28,382 nucleotides of DNA from Bacillota bacterium (GTDB lineage Bacteria > Bacillota > Clostridia > Oscillospirales > Ruminococcaceae): assembly GCA_023439605.1 (NCBI GenBank), contig JAEXNS010000217.1:1-28382 (forward strand), in the 5' to 3' direction. This document shows positions 1 through 9,100 of the stretch, piece after piece. The notes under the pieces are model-generated. The model ran no database searches, was not told the DNA's origin, and worked only from the letters and a program-made list of their open reading frames with translations. Within the stretch, counting starts at the first letter, position 1; each line of letters opens with the position of its first letter. The position numbers and the translations under genes are program-made.

Positions 1-946
1 AAAAACAATGACTAGTGGTGGTTTATCTGGCTTAGGTGGATTTGGTGGTTTGTTTGAACTTGATTTAACAGGAATAGAAAAACCTGTTTTGGTTTCTGGA
101 ACAGATGGAGTTGGAACAAAATTAAAAATTGCATTTATGATGAATAAACACAATACAGTTGGAATAGATTGTGTAGCTATGTGTGTAAATGATATAATAT
201 GCTGTGGTGCAAAACCTTTATACTTTTTAGATTATATTGCTTTGTGCAAAAATATACCTGAAAAAGTAGCTGAAATTGTTTCGGGTATCGCAGATGGATG
301 TGTACAATCAGGATGTGCTCTAATAGGCGGAGAAACAGCGGAAATGCCTGGTTTTTATCCAGAAGACGAATATGATTTGGCAGGATTTTGTGTTGGTGTT
401 GTAGACAAAAATAAAATAATTAAAACTGATACACAAAAATCAGGTGATGTTATTATTGCTCTTAAATCAAGTGGTGTTCATTCTAACGGTTTTTCTTTAA
501 TTAGAAAAGTTTTCACTATAAGTGAGCAAAATTTAGCTAGATACTATAGTGATTTAAGTACAAATTTAGGTGATTGTTTACTTAGACCTACAAAAATATA
601 TGTAAATTCAATTTTAAAGTTAAAAGAAAGTATAGAAATAAAATCTGTTTCCCATATAACTGGTGGTGGTTTCTATGAAAATATTCCACGTTCTTTACCA
701 AATGGATTATCAGCATCAATAGAAAGAAGTGCAGTTCAGGTTTTACCTATATTTGATTTGGTTGCAAAAACAGGAAAGATACCTGAAAGAGATATGTTTA
801 ACACATTTAATATGGGTGTTGGTATGACTGTAGTCGTGGACAAAAATGATGCAGATAAGGCTTTAGAAATTTTAAAATCAATTGGTGAAGATGCATATAT
901 TCTAGGCGAATTAGTTGATAGTGATGAAGGCGTTATTATAAAATAG
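1..946 (+). CDS. purM: Phosphoribosylformylglycinamidine cyclo-ligase (AIR synthetase), 5' end outside window
   Basis: Motifs [50 protein letters not shown]. The frame is open back to the window edge, so the ATG at 8 is probably internal. Confidence 0.96.
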   Translation, partial: KTMTSGGLSGLGGFGGLFELDLTGIEKPVLVSGTDGVGTKLKIAFMMNKHNTVGIDCVAMCVNDIICCGAKPLYFLDYIALCKNIPEKVAEIVSGIADGCVQSGCALIGGETAEMPGFYPEDEYDLAGFCVGVVDKNKIIKTDTQKSGDVIIALKSSGVHSNGFSLIRKVFTISEQNLARYYSDLSTNLGDCLLRPTKIYVNSILKLKESIEIKSVSHITGGGFYENIPRSLPNGLSASIERSAVQVLPIFDLVAKTGKIPERDMFNTFNMGVGMTVVVDKNDADKALEILKSIGEDAYILGELVDSDEGVIIK

Positions 947-1080
947 ATGTTAATATTCAGTCATTAAAGTTAGATTTCACGGTTTTGTATGATTTCGACT
1001 CTGCGGAGTCGACCGGGCTTTCCGGTCGCCCTGGACCTTCGGGGTGTATATATTGCATTACATATGTGGCTGAATAGTAA
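947..1080 (+). repeat. Family A inverted-repeat element (MITE/REP-like), copy A1
   Basis: Ends TTAATATTCAGTCA (950-963) and TGGCTGAATAGTAA (1067-1080) are 12/14 complementary. Core hairpins TCGACTC-TGCG-GAGTCGA (995-1012) and CGACCGG-GCTTT-CCGGTCG (1010-1028). Confidence 0.9.
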
Positions 1081-1098
1081 AAAATAGAGGTAAAAAAA

Positions 1099-1725
1099 TT
1101 GAAAAATATAGTAGTATTAGTTTCAGGTGGGGGAACAAATCTCCAAGCTTTGATAGACGCTCAAAATAATGGTGAAATAAAAAACGGTAAAATTAGCTGT
1201 GTAATTTCATCAAAAGCTGGTGTTTATGCTTTAGAGCGAGCAAAACAAAATGATATTAAAACAATGGTCCTTGAAAGAAGTGATTATTCAAATAATTTAT
1301 CATATAGTCAGGATCTTTTAAATTTATTAATTCAAGAAAAAGCAGATCTAATAGTTTTAGCTGGATTTATGACTATCTTAGATGAACTTATTACTAAATA
1401 TTTTCCTTATAGAATTATAAACGTTCATCCATCTCTTATCCCATCGTTTTGTGGTAAAGGATATTATGGATTAAAAGTTCATAAATCTGTTTTGGATTAT
1501 GGAGTAAAAGTAAGTGGTGCAACAGTTCATTTTGTAAATGAAGAAGCAGATGCAGGAGCTATAATATTACAGGGAACAACCCAAGTATTTAAAGATGATA
1601 CACCTGAAACGCTTCAAAAAAGAATAATGGAGAATATAGAATGGAAATTGCTTCCTAAAGCTGTTGATTTGTTTTGTTCAGAAAAAATATTAATTGAAAA
1701 TAGTAAAGCATATATTTTAGATTAA
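1099..1725 (+). CDS. purN: Phosphoribosylglycinamide formyltransferase
   Basis: VLVSGGGTNLQA, LAGFM, INVHPSL, GATVHFV and DAGAII motifs. TTG start follows GAGG. Confidence 0.96.
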   Translation: MKNIVVLVSGGGTNLQALIDAQNNGEIKNGKISCVISSKAGVYALERAKQNDIKTMVLERSDYSNNLSYSQDLLNLLIQEKADLIVLAGFMTILDELITKYFPYRIINVHPSLIPSFCGKGYYGLKVHKSVLDYGVKVSGATVHFVNEEADAGAIILQGTTQVFKDDTPETLQKRIMENIEWKLLPKAVDLFCSEKILIENSKAYILD

Positions 1726-1752
1726 AATTAAAAAATGTTATAGGAGTAAATT

Positions 1753-2469
1753 ATGGAAACTATTTCTTTAGAAAAAGAATTAAAAGAAAATTCATATCCT
1801 GGAAGAGGAATAATAATAGGAAAGTCACCAAATGGTAAATTTGCTGTGACTGCATATTTTATAATGGGACGTAGTGAAAATAGTAGAAACAGGATTTTTG
1901 TAGAAGATGGATGTGGAATTAGAACACAAGCTTTCGATGAATCAAAACTAACTGATCCAAGTTTAATTATATATTCACCTGTAAAAGTTTTGGGGAATAA
2001 AACTATAGTAACAAATGGAGATCAAACAGATACAATTTATGATTTGTTAAATAATCAAATGACTTTTGAACAAGCTTTGAGAACAAGAGAGTTTGAACCA
2101 GATGCTCCAAATTATACTCCTAGAATTAGTGGAATAATTAAAAATAAAATAGATGGTAATTTTAATTATGCCTTATCAATTTTAAAGTCTGCAAATGGAG
2201 ACCCTTCTTCATGTCAAAGATATACTTTTTCTTATCAAAATCCTATTTCAGGTAAGGGTCATTTCATTCATACATACAAAAATGATGGAGATCCATTGCC
2301 TAGTTTCGAAGGAGAGCCAAAATTAATAGATGTTTTAGATGATATAGATTCTTTTTCTGATTTAGTTTGGAATAGCTTAAATGAAGAAAATAAGGTTTCA
2401 TTATTTGTGAGATATATTGATTTAAAAAATTCAGAAACAAAAACAAAAATAATAAATAAAAATGTTTAA
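1753..2469 (+). CDS. purO: IMP cyclohydrolase, PurO (archaeal-type) family
   Basis: YPGRGIIIG, YFIMGRSENSRNR, IVTNGDQTD and EPDAPNYTPRISG motifs. Lies in the pur operon just before a transformylase that lacks a cyclohydrolase domain. Confidence 0.85.
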   Translation: METISLEKELKENSYPGRGIIIGKSPNGKFAVTAYFIMGRSENSRNRIFVEDGCGIRTQAFDESKLTDPSLIIYSPVKVLGNKTIVTNGDQTDTIYDLLNNQMTFEQALRTREFEPDAPNYTPRISGIIKNKIDGNFNYALSILKSANGDPSSCQRYTFSYQNPISGKGHFIHTYKNDGDPLPSFEGEPKLIDVLDDIDSFSDLVWNSLNEENKVSLFVRYIDLKNSETKTKIINKNV

Positions 2470-2598
2470 TATTTAGCTGTTAAATGTAGAGTTTACGATT
2501 TTGTAGGAGTTTCGACTCTTCGGAGTCGACCGGGCTTTCCGGTCGCCCTGGACCTTCGGGTGATATATCTTTACACTATACATGTGGCTGGACTGTAA
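2466..2598 (+). repeat. Family A element, copy A2
   Basis: TTAATATTTAGCTG ... GAGTTTCGACTCTTCGGAGTCGACCGGGCTTTCCGGTCGCCCTGGACCTTCGG ... TGGCTGGACTGTAA. The left end contains the purO stop codon. Confidence 0.9.
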
Positions 2599-2613
2599 AA
2601 TAAATAAAAATGT

Positions 2614-2750
2614 TTAATATTTAGCTGATAAATGTAGAGTTTATGATTTTGTAGGAGTTTCGACTCTTCGGAGTCGACCGGGCTTTCCGGTCGCCATAGA
2701 CTTTCGGGAGAAAATATCGCAACATTACATATAAGGATTAATAGTAACAT
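2614..2750 (+). repeat. Family A element, copy A3 (tandem with A2, 148-bp period)
   Basis: Core matches A2 at an offset of 148 bp. Right end reads AGGATTAATAGTAACAT. Confidence 0.9.
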
Positions 2751-2781
2751 AAAAAAACAAATAAATCTTTTGGAGGAATTT

Positions 2782-3963
2782 ATGTCTAAGGAATTAGAAT
2801 TAAAATATGGTTGTAATCCAAATCAAAAACCATCAAAAATTTATATTGAGGATGGTTCAAATTTACCTATTGAAATACTAAATGGAAATCCAGGATATAT
2901 AAATCTTTTAGATGCTTTTAATGGTTGGCAGTTAGTTAAGGAACTAGAAAAAGCAACAGGTTTATGTGCTGCAACATCATTTAAACACGTATCACCAGCA
3001 GGTGCTGCTGTAGGGCTTCCTTTAAGTGATGTTTTGAAAAAAATATATTTTGTAGATGATTTTACAGAATTATCTCCTATGGCTTGTGCATATGCAAGAG
3101 CTAGGGGTGCAGATAGAATGTCCTCTTATGGTGATTTTATTGCTTTATCTAGTACATGTGATAAGACCACAGCTTTAATGATTCATAGAGAAGTATCAGA
3201 TGGAATTATTGCACCAGATTATACTGATGAAGCTTTAGAAATTTTAAAATCAAAAAGAAAAGGTACTTATAATATAATAAAAATTGACAAAAATTATGTA
3301 CCTGTAAATTTAGAAAAAAAACAAGTATATGGAATTACATTTGAACAAGGTAGAAATGAATTGGAAATAAACAATGATATGCTACAAAAGATAGTAACTC
3401 AAAATACTGTTATACCAGATGATAAAAAAAGAGATTTAATTATTTCTCTTATAACTTTAAAATATACACAGTCCAATTCCGTTTGCTATGTAAAAGATGG
3501 TCAAGCTATAGGCATAGGTGCAGGACAACAGTCAAGAATTCATTGTACTAGATTAGCTGGTAATAAAGCTGATATATGGTGGTTAAGACAAGCACCTCAA
3601 GTATTAAATCTTCAGTTTTGTGATAACATAAGAAGAGCTGATAGAGACAATGCAATAGACGTTTATATCTCTGAAGAATATATGGATGTTTTATCAGATG
3701 GTATATGGCAAAATATATTTAAAGTTAAACCAGAAATTTTTACAAAAGAACAACAATTAGCATGGTTAAAACAAAATGATAATGTTTGTTTAGGTTCTGA
3801 TGCATTTTTCCCATTTGGTGATAATATAGAACGTGCATATAAAAGTGGTGTCTCTTATATTGCTCAGCCTGGTGGGTCAATACGTGATGATAATGTTATT
3901 GATACATGTAATAAATATAATATTGCGATGGCATTTACAGGAATTAGACTATTTCATCATTAA
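2782..3963 (+). CDS. purH: Stand-alone AICAR transformylase (PurH C-terminal domain only)
   Basis: LKYGCNPNQ, SFKHVSPAG, LKYTQSNSV, GAGQQSRIHC, SDAFFPF, QPGGSIRD and RLFHH motifs. No N-terminal MGS-like IMPCH domain. ATG 2782 follows GGAGG at 2772-2776. Confidence 0.92.
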   Translation: MSKELELKYGCNPNQKPSKIYIEDGSNLPIEILNGNPGYINLLDAFNGWQLVKELEKATGLCAATSFKHVSPAGAAVGLPLSDVLKKIYFVDDFTELSPMACAYARARGADRMSSYGDFIALSSTCDKTTALMIHREVSDGIIAPDYTDEALEILKSKRKGTYNIIKIDKNYVPVNLEKKQVYGITFEQGRNELEINNDMLQKIVTQNTVIPDDKKRDLIISLITLKYTQSNSVCYVKDGQAIGIGAGQQSRIHCTRLAGNKADIWWLRQAPQVLNLQFCDNIRRADRDNAIDVYISEEYMDVLSDGIWQNIFKVKPEIFTKEQQLAWLKQNDNVCLGSDAFFPFGDNIERAYKSGVSYIAQPGGSIRDDNVIDTCNKYNIAMAFTGIRLFHH

Positions 3964-3992
3964 TAATATCATAATTTGGAGGCATATAAAAT

Positions 3993-5291
3993 ATGAAAAA
4001 ACTTAAAGTAGTAGTTGTAGGCGGCGGGGGTCGTGAACATGCTATTGTAATGAAATTGGCAAGAAGTAGACAAGTTGAAACTATATTTTGTACTCCAGGC
4101 AATGGAGGTATTTCTAAAGTCGCAGAATGTGCACAAATGAACAAAGCGACTGATTTGTTGGCTATAAAAACATTGGCTAAAGAGGTAAATGCAGATATAG
4201 TTTTTGTAGCACCAGATGATCCTTTGGTTCTTGGTATGGTTGATGATTTACAAAATGAAGGTTTTGTTACATATGGAACTACTAAAGCTGCCGCAATTAT
4301 AGAAGGAAGTAAAGTTTTTTCTAAACAATTAATGAAAAAATATAACATTCCAACTGCAATGTATGAAACTTTTACAGATTCAAAAAGTGCAATTGGTTAT
4401 GTAGAAAATTCAAATAAATATCCAGTGGTTATAAAAGCAGATGGTTTAGCTTTAGGTAAAGGTGTAATTATTGCAGAAAATTTTGAAGATTCAAAAAATG
4501 CAATCATATCTATACTAGATGATAAAATTTTTGGTGAAAGTGGCTCAAAACTAATTATTGAAGAGTTTTTGACAGGGCCTGAAGTTTCGGTTTTATGCTT
4601 TACTGATGGAAAAACTGTAAAGCCCATGATTTCATCAATGGATCATAAAAGAGCCTATGATAATGATGAAGGATTAAACACAGGTGGAATGGGAACAATT
4701 GCACCAAATCCTTATTATACAGAAGAATATGCTAAAGAATCAATGGAAAAAATCTTTATTCCTACTATTGAAGCAATGAATAAAGAGGGAAGAACTTTTA
4801 AGGGATGTTTGTATTTTGGATTAATGATAACTTCAGATGGTGTAAAAGTTATTGAATATAATTGCAGATTCGGAGATCCAGAGACACAAGTCGTACTACC
4901 TCTTCTTGAAACAGATTTAGTGGATATTATTTATGCAATACATAATGAAACACTTGATTCACTGGATATAAAGTGGAAGCAAGGTGCTGCTGCATGTGTT
5001 GTTATGGCTAGTGGTGGATATCCACAAAAGTATCAAACTGGTTATGAAATAGAAGGATTAAACATAGATGGTCAACTAGAAGAAGCTTATGTATACCATG
5101 CAGGTACCAAATATGAAAATGGTAAATTTCTTACAAACGGAGGAAGAGTGCTTGGTGTAACAGCTGTTGGTAAAAATATAGAAGAAGCAATACAAAAATC
5201 ATATAAATCAGTGGAGAATGTTAAGTTTAAAGAAATGCATTATAGAAAAGATATAGGTCAAAAGGCTTTAAATGTTATTAAAAATAAGTAA
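3993..5291 (+). CDS. purD: Phosphoribosylamine--glycine ligase
   Basis: GGGGREHA, KADGLALGKGV, NTGGMG, EYNCRFGDPETQ and TNGGRVL motifs. Confidence 0.97.
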   Translation: MKKLKVVVVGGGGREHAIVMKLARSRQVETIFCTPGNGGISKVAECAQMNKATDLLAIKTLAKEVNADIVFVAPDDPLVLGMVDDLQNEGFVTYGTTKAAAIIEGSKVFSKQLMKKYNIPTAMYETFTDSKSAIGYVENSNKYPVVIKADGLALGKGVIIAENFEDSKNAIISILDDKIFGESGSKLIIEEFLTGPEVSVLCFTDGKTVKPMISSMDHKRAYDNDEGLNTGGMGTIAPNPYYTEEYAKESMEKIFIPTIEAMNKEGRTFKGCLYFGLMITSDGVKVIEYNCRFGDPETQVVLPLLETDLVDIIYAIHNETLDSLDIKWKQGAAACVVMASGGYPQKYQTGYEIEGLNIDGQLEEAYVYHAGTKYENGKFLTNGGRVLGVTAVGKNIEEAIQKSYKSVENVKFKEMHYRKDIGQKALNVIKNK

Positions 5292-5297
5292 CAAAAG

Positions 5298-5429
5298 AAA
5301 CTGTTCAGCCATTAAAGGTGAGTCTACGATTTTGTAAGAGTTTCGACTCTGCGGAGTCGATCGGGCTTTTCGATCGCCCTAGACCTTAGAGGCATATATC
5401 TTTTCATTATATATGTGGTTAAATGTCAT
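5298..5429 (+). repeat. Family A element, copy A4
   Basis: AAACTGTTCAGCCA ... GAGTTTCGACTCTGCGGAGTCGATCGGGCTTTTCGATCGCCCTAGACC ... TGGTTAAATGTCAT. Confidence 0.88.
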
Positions 5430-5465
5430 ATGAATAATGTTATAATAAAAAAATTTGAGGTGAAT

Positions 5466-6089
5466 ATGAAAAACTTACATAATTTCAAAACATATACTAA
5501 ATTAGGATTGATATCTAACTGCTTATTTATACTCTTTATAGTTATAACTATGATATATTATTCTATATATCTAAAAACTGGAAAAATAAATTATGTAGTA
5601 GAGGGGATAGCATATACCTTAGAGATAGTCGGATTTATATTAATGCTAGCTGCTGCACTTGGATATGTATCTAGGTTAAGGCATAGAAGATTACTTAAAA
5701 TATCAGTATGTGTATATTTTGTTATGGAAGCTATTTTAATGCTTTTTGATTTTAATTTAGTAAAAGCTGAAGATTTTTATTCACCAACATCAAGAGTTTT
5801 AATAATTATTCATTGTGTTGTTTCAGCGATTATATGTTTAAGTTATATGCAACTAGATGAAAATAGAAAACCACTTCAAATTGTTGTTTCTATATCATCT
5901 ATGATAATGATTTTAGGAGTAATAACTATAATATATAATGTTAGAATTTATGCAAGTGTTCTTATAAATGCCGTTGCTTATATCTTCTTATTTTCTGCTA
6001 TTTTGTTTTTACTAAAAAGAGAAGTTATTGAAGTTGATTGTCATGGCGATGCTGCAAGAGTTGCAGAATATGATAGTACAATTTTTTAA
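5466..6089 (+). CDS. Hypothetical polytopic membrane protein (about 6 hydrophobic segments)
   Basis: Hydrophobic segments throughout. ATG 5466 follows GAGGTG, whereas the ORF-track GTG at 5415 lies inside repeat A4. Confidence 0.8.
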   Translation: MKNLHNFKTYTKLGLISNCLFILFIVITMIYYSIYLKTGKINYVVEGIAYTLEIVGFILMLAAALGYVSRLRHRRLLKISVCVYFVMEAILMLFDFNLVKAEDFYSPTSRVLIIIHCVVSAIICLSYMQLDENRKPLQIVVSISSMIMILGVITIIYNVRIYASVLINAVAYIFLFSAILFLLKREVIEVDCHGDAARVAEYDSTIF

Positions 6090-6102
6090 TTAAATAATTA
6101 AT

Positions 6103-6143
6103 AAGAAATAGATAATTTGTGTAAGACAAATTATCTATTTCTT
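6103..6143. terminator. Bidirectional intrinsic terminator
   Basis: Perfect 18-bp inverted repeat AAGAAATAGATAATTTGT-GTAAG-ACAAATTATCTATTTCTT between convergent genes. Confidence 0.85.
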
Positions 6144-6168
6144 TTAAAAAATTATTTCAGTAGAGAAA

Positions 6169-9100
6169 CTAGCTTGATATATTTCCAGATACTTCGGAAC
6201 CATTTTTAAATATTATATTTTTGACGTTACCCCTTGATATAAATCGTGCTTTAGAGCTATTATCCATATCGAGTGTATCAATTATGGCAGTTTTTGCGTT
6301 TAAGTTTGCATTATCACAATAGATAGACAATTTAGAATTTAAAATAGGATTCATTGAGCTTCCAAATGATAAATTGATATTTTTTAATTTTAATTCAGAA
6401 GATTTAACAGTGATATCTTTGGAAAAATAAACTTTATATAACATATCTTCTTGTGGAAATGTTTCTGATTTTATTTCAGTTATATTTTGTGGTAATTCCA
6501 TTACTATAGAGGATGAAACATTATTAAAAATATTTATAGTATATGAATAATCAGAATTATTATTAATGTGATCGATTGCTTCATGAATTGTTACAAATTT
6601 TTGAAAATCGGATGTAGAATTTTCTTTGATGCCATTTAATTCGATGCTTTTTGAGGTTATTAAAATACTTGTACCTGATTTAGTAGTTATAAGTGAATTA
6701 TCATCTAAATTGGCTTTGAAATTTTGACTTTCCGTATAAAAACTATTAGCTTTAATAGTTGAATTTTTTGTTAACTTTACTATCAAGCTTCTTTGGTAAA
6801 CATTTGTAAGATTATATGATGCATCTACAACATTAATAAGTAATTTATCTTGACCGTTTAGATTACTTATTGAATTTTTTATTAAAATTGGTTTATAAGC
6901 TTTATTTTTATAATTATACAATAATATTTTTGAACCATTTTTATAGGTTAAATTGTTTACAGTAGCACCAAGTTTTAAATATAGTTTTGTGTTTTCAGCT
7001 ATATTTAGAGTTCCAATATTTAAAACACTAGAGTTTATAAATGTATCTCCATATATATTTATAGTTTCTATATTTTTTATGGTTTTCTTAAATTCTAAAT
7101 TTTCACCATTTTTTATCGTTAGGCTACTTAATCGAACATTTGGAGATACTATTTTTGTACTATCATTTATTGTGTTGAAAATAGCGGTTACATTTTCATC
7201 AACAACTAAATTTTTATTTGATAAATTTACAGCCACTCCACTTGAAAGATTATTGTTTATTTTAATATTTTTTAAAGTTAAATCTGATTTTAGTGTAATA
7301 TGACCAGTGAAATTAAGTGTTTCTTCACCTGTTTTTCCTTTAATTGTTATTGGATAATTGGGTAAAGATAGAAGTCCATAGTTTGGAACGTCGCCTGAAA
7401 TTTCTATGGTAATATCAGTAGGAGAAGTTAAACTATTTATATTTGTAATTGCATCTTGAAATCTAATATAATTACCGATACTTTTTAATCCTTCTGAATT
7501 TTGATCAGCAAACAATTCGATATATTTTACACCTATCTTCAAATTTATACCATCTTTGTAAAAAGAATAATTTTTACTTGTGTCCTCTGGCTTGTTCCCT
7601 ATTGATAAATATGGAGAAATATCTGAATTAACACCTCTAACAATTATAGTTTGAATGCTTAATTGTGCTAAGTTTTCGATTTTATATTCTTCGTCATTTT
7701 TGGTAAAAACATTTATTTTAACATTTTTATTAGCATTTAATTTAATTTCACCAGTTACATATAGTAAAGGAATTAAATTAATTAAACTACCTCTATCATA
7801 CTGTCGAACATTTATGTTTAAAGGTGTAGCTGCGTCTGTCAAGGTTGTATCTATATCCTTGATTCTTAGTGTATATATGTTTGAATTTATAGTACCGCTT
7901 CCAGTATTAACTGTAATTTTTTGTGTAGATACTGTATTTTCATGTGTAAATATAACTTCATTTTTATTAAAAATTAAATTATTAATTGTCCCTGTTCCTT
8001 TTAAGGATAAATTTGCATTTAATTCAATAGTAGGTTCTCCTAAAATATTTCCGTTTAACACTAAGTCTGTATTTACAATTAATTTTGCATTTGTTGAAGT
8101 TGCAGTTATAGAGTGGATAAGAGGATCAAGTTCATTGATAGTAAAATTGTATTCTCTAAGCAGTATGGACAAATTATTATTAAATTTAACATTTTCAAAA
8201 ATTACATTTGAATTAAGTGTAAATGATAAATTTGGAGAGTTAATGGTAATAGGAACAACGTCTTCTCCACTTTTTTTACCACTCTTAATTATAAGATTAT
8301 GTACAATAGGAGTTTTAATTAATTCAGTTTCAACAACATCATCTAAAATTTCTAAAACATAATCAGAATCTTCTTCATTCATCCTTGAAATAGCATGTGA
8401 CCAAATCCTATACCCATAATAATCATCAACTATATATATGGAATCTGAAAAGGTAACTTCTATTGTGTCATTTAAATTTGGAGTAAATGTATAAGTGTTT
8501 TCTGATGATATTTCTAACATGACAGTTAAGTTATTTTTAGTTATAGATGATAGTGCCTTTGTTTTATCATTTGGTATTATGGTTAATGTAACTTCTTCAC
8601 CAGGTATAAAGGTCGCAACTCCATCTACTATATTTGAACAAGAAGCGTTTACGATACCGCCTCCATTTACTACTATATTAAAATTGATTGGATCTAGGTT
8701 TTGGGTAGTTGTTACTATTTCAGAAGAACTTATTTGAGTACCTGTATCTAAAGAGCTAATGTTTGTTGCAGAAGATGAAGTAGTAACATCAGTTATAGAA
8801 GTATCTGTTTCTTCGGTTATAGATTCTTCTGTAGTGGTGGTAATAGATGCTCCTGTAAATGTAGCTGAAATAGTAGCGTTTGAATTTGGTGTGTATGTGT
8901 ATGTATTATTAACTAGTTGACTAAATTTATTTGAACCATTTATAAAAAAAGCTGATACAGAGTACCCCTCTTCTGGGTTAAGCGTTATTGTCACAGTCCC
9001 ACTGTTTTTATAGTATGTGTAAGGTGAACTTTCGTTTTCTTCAACTGAAATGTTTCCACCAACTGATGGAGACCAAGTTAAATTATAATAATCAAGTGAA

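Noticed and set aside
947..1080. Purine, ZTP or PRPP riboswitch in the pur operon spacers
   Set aside because: No recognisable aptamer consensus; it has terminal inverted repeats and also occurs at unrelated loci in both orientations.
2451..2750. Possible CRISPR array (tandem palindromic repeats)
   Set aside because: Only two ~148-bp units, no unique spacers of regular length, no cas genes, and the same sequence is dispersed elsewhere.
3944..4627. Minus-strand ORFs 3944-4348 and 4397-4627
   Set aside because: Antisense shadows of purD with no family motifs.
5415..5465. ORF-track N-terminal extension of the membrane protein
   Set aside because: The GTG lies inside repeat A4; ATG 5466 has a proper GAGGTG RBS.
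6953..8737. Plus-strand ORFs 6953-7303, 7655-8362 and 8495-8737
   Set aside because: Antisense to the large secreted protein; composition reflects reverse-complement codon bias.
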